Source of the DNA: Candidatus Scalinduaceae bacterium
GTDB lineage: Bacteria > Planctomycetota > Brocadiia > Brocadiales > Scalinduaceae
DNA: 64,000 bases
Reading direction: 5' to 3'
Assembly: GCA_046759445.1 (NCBI GenBank)
Contig: JBHICG010000010.1
Coordinates: forward strand, 1 to 64,000
A program made the translations under genes and the position numbers. Positions 19,631 through 30,626 of this stretch are shown one piece after another (within the stretch, counting starts at the first letter, position 1; each line of letters starts with the position of its first letter). A model generated the notes under the pieces. That model searched no databases. It was not told where the DNA came from and worked only from the letters and a program-made list of their open reading frames with translations.

Positions 19631-19980
19631 TAGGTGCAGCTCTGCCCTCTCAGTTACATTGAAAGGTGTAACATATGGACAGACAATACATTATACTTTT
19701 TGTTAAAACAACTTAAGGGCGTTAGAAGCTCGTGCTATAAGATTACTCGCAAATCTTTTGCCCACAATCTGGCAATTTTATTAGGTCAAATTGTAAAAAA
19801 ACATAACTTATGTACACATAACTAATTATGAATATGGGGGAAATGCTTAGTTACTTTTTCTACGTCGTTTCATGTTTATAAAAATCAACATTTCCTTCTC
19901 TTATATTTTGTAACACATTGATATCTAAGGAGATAAGGATATTCAGCAAAAGCTGACATTATGTTGATTTTTTAGAATTT
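19631..19980 (-). promoter_or_regulatory. Conserved regulatory cassette copy A (enhancer-like sites, IHF-like site, sigma-54 promoter, hairpin/ops-like leader)
   Basis: Homologous to 35236-35730 and 56644-57105. Minus strand TGGGCAAAAGATTTGCG (GG-N10-GC) 19748-19764; TGT-N12-ACA 19873-19890; TATCAATGTGTTA (IHF consensus) 19911-19923; leader motif 19631-19675. Confidence 0.8.
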
Positions 19981-19991
19981 ATGGTATGACA

Positions 19992-20018
19992 ATTCGCTCC
20001 GCCTGTGTCGGGGCGAAT
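19992..20018. terminator. GC-rich hairpin just past the GT4 stop; possible terminator or REP separating units B and A
   Basis: ATTCGCTCC-N9-GGGGCGAAT; no clear U-tract. Confidence 0.3.
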
Positions 20019-20024
20019 GGGGAG

Positions 20025-21182
20025 TTAAAGGTCTTCTATATGCCTCTGTCCATTATAAACAGCACGATAAAAATTCTCATACCGTTCAATCATTCTATGG
20101 AGGCTCATGTTCTCTTTGATATGTTGGTATGCCCTATCTGCAATCTGATTGCTCAATTCTTTATCACTGGCAAGTCTTAATACAGCATCCACTAGAGAGA
20201 CTTTATCGTTGTTCTTAAAAAGAAGCCCGATATGTCCATCCAGCAGAACCTCTTTATTCCCTTGAATGTTGGAAGCAATAACAGGTACTTTTGCAGCCAT
20301 TGCTTCTAATACTGCATTGGGCATTCCCTCGCCGTAAGATGATGGGAAAAGAAACAGATCAAAGACATTTAGTAATTTATTGATCTCTTTTATTACGCCA
20401 GGAAAATGGACTTTACCTAACAATCCCAGGTTTTGAGTAAGTGTTTTAAGTTCACTTTCCTGTTCTCCCTTGCCTACCAAAATGAGTCTTGCAAAAGGAA
20501 TCTTGTGACTGAGCTCATTCATCGCCTTAATAGCAAGTGAAAGATTCTTTTTATGACTAAACCCAGCTACAATACCTATTATATAATCACTGTCTGCAAA
20601 TCCGTATTGCTTACGCAAGTGTCGCTTTTTAACTATATCCATAGGGTAATACTTTTCTGTATCTACACCGTTAGGAATTATTGTTATATTCTTGGGATCC
20701 AAATGAATGTATTCAACAAGCTTTTCTTTGAATGTCATAGAGTTTGTCATAAAATTATCAGTAATATGTTTAAAGAGTTTTCTTAAAAAGAGTTTGCCTT
20801 TCTCGTTAGTTTCATAATTTAGGATTATTTCACTATGATCACTGTATGCAATCTTACAATGTTTACTAAACTTGCTAACCAAACATCCCCAAAAATAGCT
20901 TGTAAAATTTCTGAAATGAACAATGTCTGGTTTTGCCTCATTAACAAGTTTATAAAAGGTGTAAAAATTCCTTAAATTAATGCCAGGTCTACGGTCCATG
21001 AGGTAAAGTGTGACATCCTTTTTTATCTCTACTGCTCTTGGGCCATACATTTCCATACAGATAACTGATGATTCAAATTCTTTACGAGAAAGTCCATTAA
21101 TCAATTCAAGTACAATCTTCTCTGTCCCCCCCCAGTAATCAAAAGCCAAAACTACATGCAGAATCTTTATTTTTTGTTTCAT
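20025..21182 (-). CDS. Glycosyltransferase family 4
   Basis: MKQKIKILHVV (start 21182), GGTEK, IPNGVD, FPSSYGEGMPNAVLEAMAA. Confidence 0.88.
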   Translation of the reverse strand: MKQKIKILHVVLAFDYWGGTEKIVLELINGLSRKEFESSVICMEMYGPRAVEIKKDVTLYLMDRRPGINLRNFYTFYKLVNEAKPDIVHFRNFTSYFWGCLVSKFSKHCKIAYSDHSEIILNYETNEKGKLFLRKLFKHITDNFMTNSMTFKEKLVEYIHLDPKNITIIPNGVDTEKYYPMDIVKKRHLRKQYGFADSDYIIGIVAGFSHKKNLSLAIKAMNELSHKIPFARLILVGKGEQESELKTLTQNLGLLGKVHFPGVIKEINKLLNVFDLFLFPSSYGEGMPNAVLEAMAAKVPVIASNIQGNKEVLLDGHIGLLFKNNDKVSLVDAVLRLASDKELSNQIADRAYQHIKENMSLHRMIERYENFYRAVYNGQRHIEDL

Positions 21183-21376
21183 GTTTTTTTCAATACTTAC
21201 AACAAATGGCCCCGTACTCCAAACCTGCCAGACCCACAAATGCATATGCCTTGCATCGTCAATACCTGTCTCGAAGGAATTTCTTTTATGCATCCTCCGC
21301 CCAGTATACTCATTCGGCCTCTTGAGTTATCTCTTCCATCTCTGTAACGGTTTCATATCTTATTTCTCCCAGCAGG

Positions 21377-22402
21377 TCAATCCGGATTTTTGAAAGCAAT
21401 AACATGGTAATTGGTAGTAAAAAAACGAAAAAAACAATTGATGAACGTTAAAAGAAAAGGAATTTGTTTAATAACCTTCCTTTTAAAATCTGTACCACGA
21501 GCGCTTAAATCAACAAACGGTCCTGTCAAAACAAAATCTTTACTAAAGTTATTACGGACAAGACATTGAAGATCAATCAGAGAAAGTAATCGAACAGTTG
21601 TATAATTGACTCTTTTCATTATCTGCACATATCGATTCATCCAGGCACGGGGCATAAAACCTACAAGTCTAACTTTTACGTGCGGTTCTGGTGTAAATAG
21701 GTTGTATCTATTCGGAGAATTAAAATAAAACCCCCCACCTTTTTTAAGTACTCTCTTGACCTCTTCCACAAATAGTTCCTGCCCTGGCAGGATATGCTCT
21801 ATCACATCAGTAGCATTAACAAAATCAAACAGTTCAGCACGTAGCGGTAAATGTCTAGCATCTGCACATACTAATTTAAGATTCGATATTCGATTTTCTT
21901 CAAGAAATTTACTCCCAATAATCAAATCAACAAGGGAATAGTCAACTGCTATTCCTTTTTTAAAACCCTTCATGATCCAGGGAACTGTCGTGCCTGAACC
22001 ACAACCAATGTCTAAAAATACTTCTTTCCTGGAAAACGTTCTTCCGCAATCTTCCAGTAATTTATTAATCTGGAATAAGCGCTGGGTTCCCTTTTGTTCA
22101 TAAGATAGTTCAAATGCCTTTTGCTGTTCACATAAATTGCTTGTACATCTCTTGCTCAAGCTATAACGGATCTCTATTAATTGTTTGAAGGAGGCTATAT
22201 CGTAGGATGATATGAGCGCATCTCTGATCTTCATTTCTTGTCGAGAAGGTCGGAAATCTGGATTAACTCCACGAAAGTCTGGTACACCTACATACAAGGG
22301 GAAGGTCAAGTTACAAGAAGGGCAATACCTGGCATCTTTTATTTCTGAAAGTGGGCCACGGCATTTCGGACAGACTAATATATTATTTAGAAGTTCTGTC
22401 AA
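21377..22402 (-). CDS. SAM-dependent methyltransferase with Trm112-like N-terminus
   Basis: LVCPKCRGPL..YCPSC..FP...GVPDF; FLDIGCGSG; DVIEH. Confidence 0.85.
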   Translation of the reverse strand: MTELLNNILVCPKCRGPLSEIKDARYCPSCNLTFPLYVGVPDFRGVNPDFRPSRQEMKIRDALISSYDIASFKQLIEIRYSLSKRCTSNLCEQQKAFELSYEQKGTQRLFQINKLLEDCGRTFSRKEVFLDIGCGSGTTVPWIMKGFKKGIAVDYSLVDLIIGSKFLEENRISNLKLVCADARHLPLRAELFDFVNATDVIEHILPGQELFVEEVKRVLKKGGGFYFNSPNRYNLFTPEPHVKVRLVGFMPRAWMNRYVQIMKRVNYTTVRLLSLIDLQCLVRNNFSKDFVLTGPFVDLSARGTDFKRKVIKQIPFLLTFINCFFRFFTTNYHVIAFKNPD

Positions 22403-22550
22403 TTTCGTTATTAATTTTTTTCACTATCGTTTAAATTAACCGCCAATAATTAACTTGTTTACAGGATTAATTGGATTAAGAGGATTTATTATCTTTTGTA
22501 TTTTTCCTGCTTTATCTTATAAATCCTTATCTATAAATAGAAACTTTAGA

Positions 22551-23504
22551 CTATAAATATTTGAAATAATCAATCGTTTTCTTCAAACCCTGCTCCAAAG
22601 GAATATTTGGATTCCAGTTTAATCTATTCCTTGCAAGGCTTATATCAGGTTTTCGCTGAACCGGGTCATCCTGTGGCAAAGGTCTAAAGACAATTTTAGA
22701 TTTTGAACTCGTTAATTTGATTACTTTATGTGCAAGTTCAAGAATATTGAATTCATGAGGGTTGCCAAGATTAACTGGACCGGTAAAGTCATCGGGCGAG
22801 TTCATCAGCTTTACAAGTCCATCAATCAGTTCATCCACATAACAGAAACTCCTCGTCTGTTTTCCATCACCAAAGATTGTAATTTCCCCTCCCATTAAGG
22901 CTTGCATAATGAAACTGCTCACCACACGTCCATCTTTTGGATGCATTCTTGGTCCATATGTATTGAATATCCTTGCAACTTTTATTAACAATTTGTGTTG
23001 GCGGTAGTAGTCAAAAAATAGTGTCTCTGCACACCGCTTGCCCTCGTCATAACAAGACCGTATTCCTACAGGATTTACGTTGCCCCAGTAACTCTCTGGT
23101 TGTGGATGGACATTTGGATCTCCATAAACTTCAGAGGTTGATGCCTGAAGGATTTTTGCCTTTAAGCGTTTGGCAAGTCCGAGCATATTAATAGAACCAT
23201 GAATCGAGGTTTTTGTGGTTTGAACGGGATCGAATTGGTAATGGATTGGGGAGGCTGGACACGCAAGGTTATAAATTTCATCGACTTCAACATATAAAGG
23301 AAAACAGATATCGTGTCTCATCACCTCAAAGAGGGGGTTTGAAAGAAATTGTGCGATATTTGAACGACGACCAGTGTAAAAATTATCTACACACAAGACT
23401 TCGTGTCCTTCACTTAGTAATCTCTCGCATAAGTGTGAACCCAAAAAACCAGCACCTCCAGAGACAAGAATACGTTTATTAGAAAATTGTTTCATACCAA
23501 GCAA
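22551..23504 (-). CDS. uxs: UDP-glucuronic acid decarboxylase (UDP-xylose synthase)
   Basis: [60 protein letters not shown]. Confidence 0.92.
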   Translation of the reverse strand: MLGMKQFSNKRILVSGGAGFLGSHLCERLLSEGHEVLCVDNFYTGRRSNIAQFLSNPLFEVMRHDICFPLYVEVDEIYNLACPASPIHYQFDPVQTTKTSIHGSINMLGLAKRLKAKILQASTSEVYGDPNVHPQPESYWGNVNPVGIRSCYDEGKRCAETLFFDYYRQHKLLIKVARIFNTYGPRMHPKDGRVVSSFIMQALMGGEITIFGDGKQTRSFCYVDELIDGLVKLMNSPDDFTGPVNLGNPHEFNILELAHKVIKLTSSKSKIVFRPLPQDDPVQRKPDISLARNRLNWNPNIPLEQGLKKTIDYFKYL

Positions 23505-23552
23505 ATCAGATATAGTGTCTATTTCAGCTTTTTCTGTATAGTTCCATGAAGC

Positions 23553-25028
23553 TTATTTTGCTCTTAGCACCTGAAGTGTTGTCCATCTGCATATGAGGTC
23601 CCAATCACTTTTTGTGAAAAAATTAAAAATTCTCATTATAAAAATATAAACACAAAAATATAATAATGCAGACGTAACTAAAATCGATAAAGTAGAAAGG
23701 CTTGCGAAACTTAAAGGAAATACCATTATTCCTACTATTAATGAACTCAACAATGGATAAAATAACCTCTTAATAGGGATTAAATCCGAAAGAGATACTT
23801 TCAAATGTATTTTGGTTTGCCATAGCATGAAACCTGATCCTGCCAATTCTCCAATTACTATTGCTATTGCGGGGCCAGTCATGCCCATAATCCTTTCAAA
23901 AGCAATACCTAAGACTACACTTAAGATTAAGGATATACTAACTGCTATAAAAATTTGTTTAGTTTTCCCAACCGCCTGCAAAATAGTTCTGTAAGCAACA
24001 ATTCTAAAAGGTAATAAAACCAAATATATACGAAATATCGAAACGCTATCAAGATAATCTGATGTAAATAATAATGTAATAATCTGTTCAGCAAAAATAA
24101 ATGTAAATATAAAAAGTGGGAAAAAGACTAGAGCCACCTTTCTAATAGATTCATGCCATAGATGCAAGATACTTGATTTCCTGTCTTCCTTTTGATATTC
24201 AACTATCCTGGGAATCATTAGTTTATTTAGAGTATACGGCATAAGGGCAATAAATGGTAATTCAAAAGCGCCTCTAGAGTAGATCGCAAAATTCACAGGA
24301 TTATAAAAAAATGCAATTATAAATTGATCTATGTATTTTCTCATAACTCCTACAATGAGAGATGCCCCTAGAGGGTAGGAATAAAAGAACTGAGCCTTAA
24401 TGGAGGGCAAGTCAAAAAGTTTAGGCATTCCACCCTCGAGACTGGACAATACATAAACTACAATTATAAACTTTATTATATAAACGGTTAACATAAACAT
24501 TAAGATAATTTTAAGATCTTTACCTAATATAAGAGGAATAATAACAAATAAAAAATTAAATATCGCTGTACCAGCATTTAAGAAAGAGGCAAAGTGGGTT
24601 CTATCGAGGGCAACAAGGGTCGCCTGAGTACACTTGCTGGGTATTAGGAACAAGAAGAAAAGGCTGAATATCCATGAGTAATGTAAAATATCCGGGTTGT
24701 TAAATCCTGCAGTTATCCAAAACCTTAATAAATAGCATATAATAGCAGCAATTAAGCCTAATAAAGATAAAGCAATAAAGACCTGAAATGCTAACTGTTT
24801 TTTTTCTCGACGAGTAGAGGCCCTGGGTATAAAATAAGAAAGACTTTGTGGCAATCCAATAGCAATTGTTGTTGATACTAAAACAGCAATAAGCATGATT
24901 TGACGGAATGTTCCATAGTCATACTTTGTTAGATATCTCACCATAAGCATACCCGTAACTAATTGCAAGAAGGAGCCAATAAAATTGCTTCCCATATAAA
25001 CAATAACTTTGTCTGAAAATTTCTTCAT
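23553..25028 (-). CDS. wzx: Oligosaccharide flippase (Wzx/MOP family)
   Basis: 491 aa polytopic protein; VRYLTKYDYGTF, FAIYSRG, typical Wzx layout. Confidence 0.8.
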   Translation of the reverse strand: MKKFSDKVIVYMGSNFIGSFLQLVTGMLMVRYLTKYDYGTFRQIMLIAVLVSTTIAIGLPQSLSYFIPRASTRREKKQLAFQVFIALSLLGLIAAIICYLLRFWITAGFNNPDILHYSWIFSLFFLFLIPSKCTQATLVALDRTHFASFLNAGTAIFNFLFVIIPLILGKDLKIILMFMLTVYIIKFIIVVYVLSSLEGGMPKLFDLPSIKAQFFYSYPLGASLIVGVMRKYIDQFIIAFFYNPVNFAIYSRGAFELPFIALMPYTLNKLMIPRIVEYQKEDRKSSILHLWHESIRKVALVFFPLFIFTFIFAEQIITLLFTSDYLDSVSIFRIYLVLLPFRIVAYRTILQAVGKTKQIFIAVSISLILSVVLGIAFERIMGMTGPAIAIVIGELAGSGFMLWQTKIHLKVSLSDLIPIKRLFYPLLSSLIVGIMVFPLSFASLSTLSILVTSALLYFCVYIFIMRIFNFFTKSDWDLICRWTTLQVLRAK

Positions 25029-25114
25029 AATCCCTTTTTTTTAGCCAAAAATCTCCACTAATTAACTCGAATTAGAACAAGTTAAAAGTCTAAAGAGTCA
25101 ACTCCTTTTTCTTC

Positions 25115-26308
25115 CTAATTTTTGATAGGGCGTGAATGGTAATTCATCGCTATATTTGCCCTATTATTTACAATTTTATCGTAAACACCTAAAAGGGTCT
25201 TCTCCGCATTAGACCAGTTGTACTTATTAATACCCGCCTGGTGGGCATTATCTTTATAAGTATTAATTAACCTTACATTCCGCAACCTTTTGAATGCATC
25301 CAACAGCGTCTCTTTGCTGAACTTATTAAGGCTAATACCACACTTCTCTTCCTTTACAATCCTGGCAATCTCTCCATTATTGCAGGTCAGTATTGCCTTA
25401 CCAGCAGCCAATGCCTCAAAAAGTTTATTGGGAGCACTATATTTATTATTACCCAAATTATTCTTCAAACCATAATAAATTACATCTGAAACCGATGTTA
25501 TCAAAGGGATTTTGTCAGGTACCGTATATCCTAAATATCGTATATTATCTGCATTTTTAATTGCTTCTGAAATCTTATCTTCCAACGGTCCTTTGCCACC
25601 TATAACTAAAAAAACCCCTTTTTCTGAACGAACAGCTTCGATAAGTGTCAATAAACCCCTTGAGAAAAGAAGATATCCAACAAAGGATATAATCAAACTA
25701 TTTTCGGGAATGCCTAATTCCTTTCTTGCATTCTTGATTTCTGCCTCTGAAAATCGGAAATCTTCGAGCCTCTTCCAATTGCCTATAACTATAGTTCTTC
25801 TTGCTCCACGCCGTCCGTATTCTTCTTCCAATATAGAGCCTACGGTTATTAATAAATCAATCCGTTTTATAAGGAATCGCTCAATTCGGGCAATTGTCCA
25901 TTTTATCAAGGGGTGCACATTATCGGCGAGCATTTCATGATAACTTTCATGGGCATCAAAGATAACGGGAATTTTTAATCTTTTCCCTAACCAATACCCT
26001 AAAGGTAATGTATTAAAATCATGGGCATGGATCACGTCTGGTGTTTTAATTAGTGCACGTTTATATGCTTCTTTCCAGAATCTCCATAAATATCTCAATT
26101 GGGATGAGCCACGTCCATAGGAAGAACTCACAAATATCCGCTCTATTTGTATACCGTCAATATCTTCATGTTCCTTATATTTCACATCACGGTCCCAGCA
26201 TAATATGGTTACTAAATATCCTGCTTCTACAAGAGACCTGGCTTCATTATGCACTCTCGGATCTGGGTCAAAACCATTGGGGAGAAGCATAAGGATTTTT
26301 TTCTTCAT
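25115..26308 (-). CDS. Glycosyltransferase family 4
   Basis: DPRVHNEARSL, IHAHDF, FDAHE, PNKLFEALAAGK; start taken at MKKKIL. Confidence 0.88.
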   Translation of the reverse strand: MKKKILMLLPNGFDPDPRVHNEARSLVEAGYLVTILCWDRDVKYKEHEDIDGIQIERIFVSSSYGRGSSQLRYLWRFWKEAYKRALIKTPDVIHAHDFNTLPLGYWLGKRLKIPVIFDAHESYHEMLADNVHPLIKWTIARIERFLIKRIDLLITVGSILEEEYGRRGARRTIVIGNWKRLEDFRFSEAEIKNARKELGIPENSLIISFVGYLLFSRGLLTLIEAVRSEKGVFLVIGGKGPLEDKISEAIKNADNIRYLGYTVPDKIPLITSVSDVIYYGLKNNLGNNKYSAPNKLFEALAAGKAILTCNNGEIARIVKEEKCGISLNKFSKETLLDAFKRLRNVRLINTYKDNAHQAGINKYNWSNAEKTLLGVYDKIVNNRANIAMNYHSRPIKN

Positions 26309-26411
26309 TTTTTTTTTCTTTAAATGCAAAACGATTATATTTTCTAAATCTGTGTTCATGCCACTTGATGATGAGTTCTTAATTATGATTCATCAGCGTA
26401 TTATTTTAAGA

Positions 26412-28442
26412 TCAGGAATCTTCAACCATTTTTGTTATATTACTTGGAAGCTTTTTTTCTATTCTATACAGGTCCATAATAAATCGGTATTTACCTTTTT
26501 CCTTGGTTGGGCAAACCATAAACTTTTCGATAAGACTTAGTTTGGCACCTGATAAATATTCCGGTAAAGGATACCAACGCCCATCTTTAAATCGCCTGAT
26601 TAAGGCAAAATCAGGTCGAAATCTTTCTACTGGATCTTCATTCATTCCTAATAAAGTAGGGACGGCATATGCATCAGTTTCAATCATTAGGGTATCCGCT
26701 ACCCCACCAATGACAGTAGAATCAGAGTTTACATATTCTCTTAACTTCTTTGAGGTGTCAATCATGGTAAAGGACATATCTTTTGCATAGGATAAATAAC
26801 TATATCCATTAACCAAAAAAAATAATACCCCTATTATTGTAACTACATTTCTGGACAACATTAGCTCAAAATCATATACCATTTGCTTTTTTCTAATTAC
26901 CATGTACATGTAAACTATTAAAGTTATGAACAATAATATAAAAGCCGTTATCAAAATGGCACTTCCAAAATACATACCTTCTTCAACTCCTGTGGTGATA
27001 TTAAGTTTTCTTGAAATCTGAACAATCCAATGTGTTAAGGTCAGGTGGGTAAAAAAGAAAGCAAAAGAGAAGAGGATTAAAAACTGTTTCGTTATATAGA
27101 TAATTTGGGATTTTGATTTTTTGACCATAAAAAAAAGTGACGTAATGAACATAATAACACATGATATCAAACCTGATTGGGCTAGGTTCACATGCAATCC
27201 CAGTCCTACGAGATTCAGAATTTTATTGATGGTCATCATCCCATGAGGTAACAGAAAATATATTGGTATCAGTAGCAATAAATATGACATCCATTGAAAA
27301 TACCAAAACCCATCTTTTCCCCTATAACCGTCATACAAGGCCTTTAGAGAAATACAGCGTACTTCCAATAAAACCTTTGCCGCAAGAATACTCATGGGAG
27401 GAATTAATATAATATATCGTCTATCCGGTTGGAAATGCATAACAGCTATAAAAACACTACCTACAATGAACCAGCTTATTGTCGTAAACTCCAGGGAAGG
27501 CAAATTGGTGAGCAAAGATTGAGGGCTATTTTTTATTGAACATAAAATATGAAGAACGAATATTAAAGATAATGTAACTAAAATAGGTGTCTGGCCAAAG
27601 ATAGGACTTGTTGGAAAGATTGATATATTTCTCAATAACTCAAGCGAACTACTTGAGAGTTGACCAGAATATATCATAGGGTTCGCAGAAGATGACACAC
27701 CAAATAAAAATCCACTTATTAAATGCCAAAAAAGCAAAAGTGGTATGCTCCCAAATATAAAATATACAATCGCAAATTTGTCATTCCCCTTTTTATCCTT
27801 TCGTTGAAAATAATTTTCAAATAAGTATAAAACAAGTATTATAGGAGCAATGACTATACCGTTTGCCTTTGTAAGATAAGCCAAAGACATAGAAAGTCCT
27901 GAAAACAGGTAAAACCATTTATTGTCTTTTCCTTTCTGCCAAAGATAGAGAGTTAAAACAATGAATAATGTTATCATAGTTTCCTGTAAGGCAAGTCTAT
28001 GATATGTCGTAAACACAAAGCAAAAACCCGCAAGACCGGCAGTAAGAAGAGCGCCCCTTCTATCCCATCCACTTTTCACAAAAAGATATAGTAATATTAT
28101 AGTCAGAGACCCAGAGACTGCTGAAACCAGACGGGCCTGCGCAAGGCCTGTGCCAAATAGATTAAAAGAAACATACGAGCCAAGATGGTGAAGAGGAGAG
28201 TTAATGACATTTCTATGATCGTCCATGATCCACTTATCAAATAACACTTTGTTGCGAGCGTTTCTCGTTTTCCATCCCTCATCAGTGAAAAAATGAGCAT
28301 GCGTGTCTGGAGGTGGGTCTGCGCTCAGAAAAGCAAATCTCACAATAAAAATTAAAAAGAATAATAAGAATACAAAGGCCTTCTTATTACTCCATGATTT
28401 CAGCATTGTAAGAAGTTTTTCAGGATTTATCATTAATTTCAC
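26412..28442 (-). CDS. ArnT/PMT-like (GT-C, GT39/83) membrane glycosyltransferase
   Basis: Polytopic; FTDEG, ARLVSAVSG, RLALQE, LAYLTK, RRYIILIPP. Confidence 0.75.
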   Translation of the reverse strand: MKLMINPEKLLTMLKSWSNKKAFVFLLFFLIFIVRFAFLSADPPPDTHAHFFTDEGWKTRNARNKVLFDKWIMDDHRNVINSPLHHLGSYVSFNLFGTGLAQARLVSAVSGSLTIILLYLFVKSGWDRRGALLTAGLAGFCFVFTTYHRLALQETMITLFIVLTLYLWQKGKDNKWFYLFSGLSMSLAYLTKANGIVIAPIILVLYLFENYFQRKDKKGNDKFAIVYFIFGSIPLLLFWHLISGFLFGVSSSANPMIYSGQLSSSSLELLRNISIFPTSPIFGQTPILVTLSLIFVLHILCSIKNSPQSLLTNLPSLEFTTISWFIVGSVFIAVMHFQPDRRYIILIPPMSILAAKVLLEVRCISLKALYDGYRGKDGFWYFQWMSYLLLLIPIYFLLPHGMMTINKILNLVGLGLHVNLAQSGLISCVIMFITSLFFMVKKSKSQIIYITKQFLILFSFAFFFTHLTLTHWIVQISRKLNITTGVEEGMYFGSAILITAFILLFITLIVYMYMVIRKKQMVYDFELMLSRNVVTIIGVLFFLVNGYSYLSYAKDMSFTMIDTSKKLREYVNSDSTVIGGVADTLMIETDAYAVPTLLGMNEDPVERFRPDFALIRRFKDGRWYPLPEYLSGAKLSLIEKFMVCPTKEKGKYRFIMDLYRIEKKLPSNITKMVEDS

Positions 28443-28466
28443 ACCTTGAATCCTTTTACTTAGGCA

Positions 28467-29666
28467 TTATCTAGCTGGCGTCCATATTTTATCCCTTTTA
28501 CCAATAATACACTTAAAAATGCCTGTTAGCACTGCCAGATTAATCACACAAAAATAATATGGAATAAAAAATACTTTAACTCTGGGCAATTTTGCTTTGT
28601 CCATAAAATATCCAAAGAAAGCCAAGATGTAGAATAATAATTGTAATTGAAAGGTTGTGTAATAGAATTTATCTTCCAAAAGTAGAAGATTTGACATAAA
28701 AACTATTATCATAAAGACAGGCGCTAACCATCTAAGAATTTTATGGGAAAAAAGTTCGAAAGAATACCTGGGGTATCGAAACGGATTTAAAACCCTCCTC
28801 ATATGTGATAGGCCAAAAATTGCCCTTGTTACTACCCTGCATCTCATTTTAAATTCTTCTTTTTGACTTTTTGAAGTTTTCTCTATTGAAATAGCCTCTG
28901 ATTCCATTATAGAGCGAAAACCGTTATGACAAACTTTTGCTGTTTTCAAAGAACTGCCAAAATTCTCACTATTAGTAATAAGTCTCAGGGGTGCTATAAA
29001 ATCACTTATATAATCTTCATCAAAAGGAGTATAAAGGCTTCGCCGCATAGAATATATACAACCCGCTGCGCCAATAACTGAACCAATATCACTTTCCATC
29101 CGCTTGATCCAGCTCTCGTATTTCCAGTATAAAGATCCTCCTTCGCCAACTCCAGAATTCGTTTCATTTGTATAAATTACTTCGCCTGTTACAAAACCTA
29201 TTTTCTTATCATTATAGTTTCTAACTAGCTTTTTTATAGCGTTAGATTTGTACATCGTTGGAGCATCAGAAAATACAAGGATTTCGCCTTTCGCAATAGA
29301 AACTGCATTATTTTGTGCTGCAGTCTTGCCTTTTCTTTCTGATAATCTGGCGAGCCTTACGCCCTTATCTTCATATTCTTTAACAATTTTATCCGTTTCA
29401 TCTGTCGAACAATCCGATGCGACTATTACCTCCATCTTATCTTTTGGATAGTCAATATTTAAAGAATCTTCAATTTTCCTCCTTATATTTTTTTCTTCAT
29501 TATATGCAGCTATTATAAGAGATACACTTGGTGTAATGTCTTTTTTATCGATAGGTTTTTTAAAGAAAACACGCAATAACCATAAGATAAGGGGATAGAC
29601 AAAATATGTATATATAATTGGAGATATAGAGATAACAAATATTATTTCAGCCATATAAATCCGCAT
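28467..29666 (-). CDS. Glycosyltransferase family 2
   Basis: VSLIIAAYNEE, SDCSTD, GKTAAQN, FSDA, YWKYE, SHKILRW. Confidence 0.88.
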   Translation of the reverse strand: MRIYMAEIIFVISISPIIYTYFVYPLILWLLRVFFKKPIDKKDITPSVSLIIAAYNEEKNIRRKIEDSLNIDYPKDKMEVIVASDCSTDETDKIVKEYEDKGVRLARLSERKGKTAAQNNAVSIAKGEILVFSDAPTMYKSNAIKKLVRNYNDKKIGFVTGEVIYTNETNSGVGEGGSLYWKYESWIKRMESDIGSVIGAAGCIYSMRRSLYTPFDEDYISDFIAPLRLITNSENFGSSLKTAKVCHNGFRSIMESEAISIEKTSKSQKEEFKMRCRVVTRAIFGLSHMRRVLNPFRYPRYSFELFSHKILRWLAPVFMIIVFMSNLLLLEDKFYYTTFQLQLLFYILAFFGYFMDKAKLPRVKVFFIPYYFCVINLAVLTGIFKCIIGKRDKIWTPAR

Positions 29667-29721
29667 TGTGAAATGTTATTCTTTGTACTTAATAAGTTAA
29701 GCCTTAGTAGTCTTATATTAT

Positions 29722-29935
29722 GTCGGGTAAAGAACCCGACCTGCCTGTGCCGTAAGCACCTTTCCGCGTGCAAAACGCACAGGCAGGCTCGTAAAAATAC
29801 GATGTATTCGTAGAGCGACTTCCCATACCGGTAACAAGTCAAGCTTCAGCAACACTTTCATACACCCCTCTAAAAGAGGGGCCAAGGAGATATATATCTA
29901 CACCACCCCCCTTAATCCCCTCTTTCTAGAGGGGA
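29722..29935. repeat. Cluster of REP-like palindromes
   Basis: GTCGGGT-N5-ACCCGAC (29722-29740); CCTGCCTGTGC...GCACAGGCAGG (29740-29787); CCCCTC-TAAAA-GAGGGG (29865-29881); TCCCCTCT-TTCT-AGAGGGGA (29916-29935). Confidence 0.65.
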
Positions 29936-29966
29936 AACTATTATTGAAATTTCTATACAATCAAGT

Positions 29967-30626
29967 TCACACCTTGTCACAAAAAACCACTACACAATAT
30001 AGCTTCCCTACCCTACCTATGCTGTACTTTTTTATACCCGCCGCTTCCATCAAAGATTTTAGTCTGCGCTTTGTATAAAAATAGACATCACACTTCTTCA
30101 AGGTTAGGCGAACTTTTCTAAGAGGCGCCCTCCAGGTAAAAAATCTTGGGAAGGAGAGAATAAGTTTGTCATTTGTTAATCCTCGCATTTTTTTTATAAT
30201 TGGTAGTGGTTCCTTGATATAATCAAAAAGTCCAATCCCAATAGTCACATCAAACTTTGAGTTTGTTTTAAATTCGAGTAGATCAGTCTGGAAAAAATCG
30301 CAACTTTTCACCACATTGTTATCCCTTGCATACTTTTGAGATGAATGTATCATATTTTCAGAAATATCTAGACCAACAACATGTTCTGCCGCTCTTTTAG
30401 CAAATTCAACAGAATATAGACCGGTCCCACACCCAACATCTAAAAAGGTCTTGCCCTTGATAGGCTTGGAGTTTTCAATTGTGAACTCAAACCTTTGATA
30501 CATATCCTTCCTGAAGATCTTATCCAACAAGACTTGAAACTTTGATTTTTTGTGTGTATAGATTGAGTCAAAAGCTCTATTCTCAGAATCCCAAAATTTT
30601 CTTTGCATTTCAATTTCGTAATTCAC
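29967..30626 (-). CDS. Class I SAM-dependent methyltransferase
   Basis: FLDVGCGTG, GLDISENM, GLFDY. Confidence 0.85.
   Translation of the reverse strand: MNYEIEMQRKFWDSENRAFDSIYTHKKSKFQVLLDKIFRKDMYQRFEFTIENSKPIKGKTFLDVGCGTGLYSVEFAKRAAEHVVGLDISENMIHSSQKYARDNNVVKSCDFFQTDLLEFKTNSKFDVTIGIGLFDYIKEPLPIIKKMRGLTNDKLILSFPRFFTWRAPLRKVRLTLKKCDVYFYTKRRLKSLMEAAGIKKYSIGRVGKLYCVVVFCDKV

Noticed and set aside
19634..19825. 63-aa plus-strand ORF over cassette A
   Set aside because: Frame not conserved in copies B and C; coincides with regulatory motifs
22455..22530. ACAGGATT/AATCCT-type degenerate short repeats (similar weak ones at ~2440-2470 and ~52715-52785)
   Set aside because: Too degenerate to define boundaries or function from this window alone
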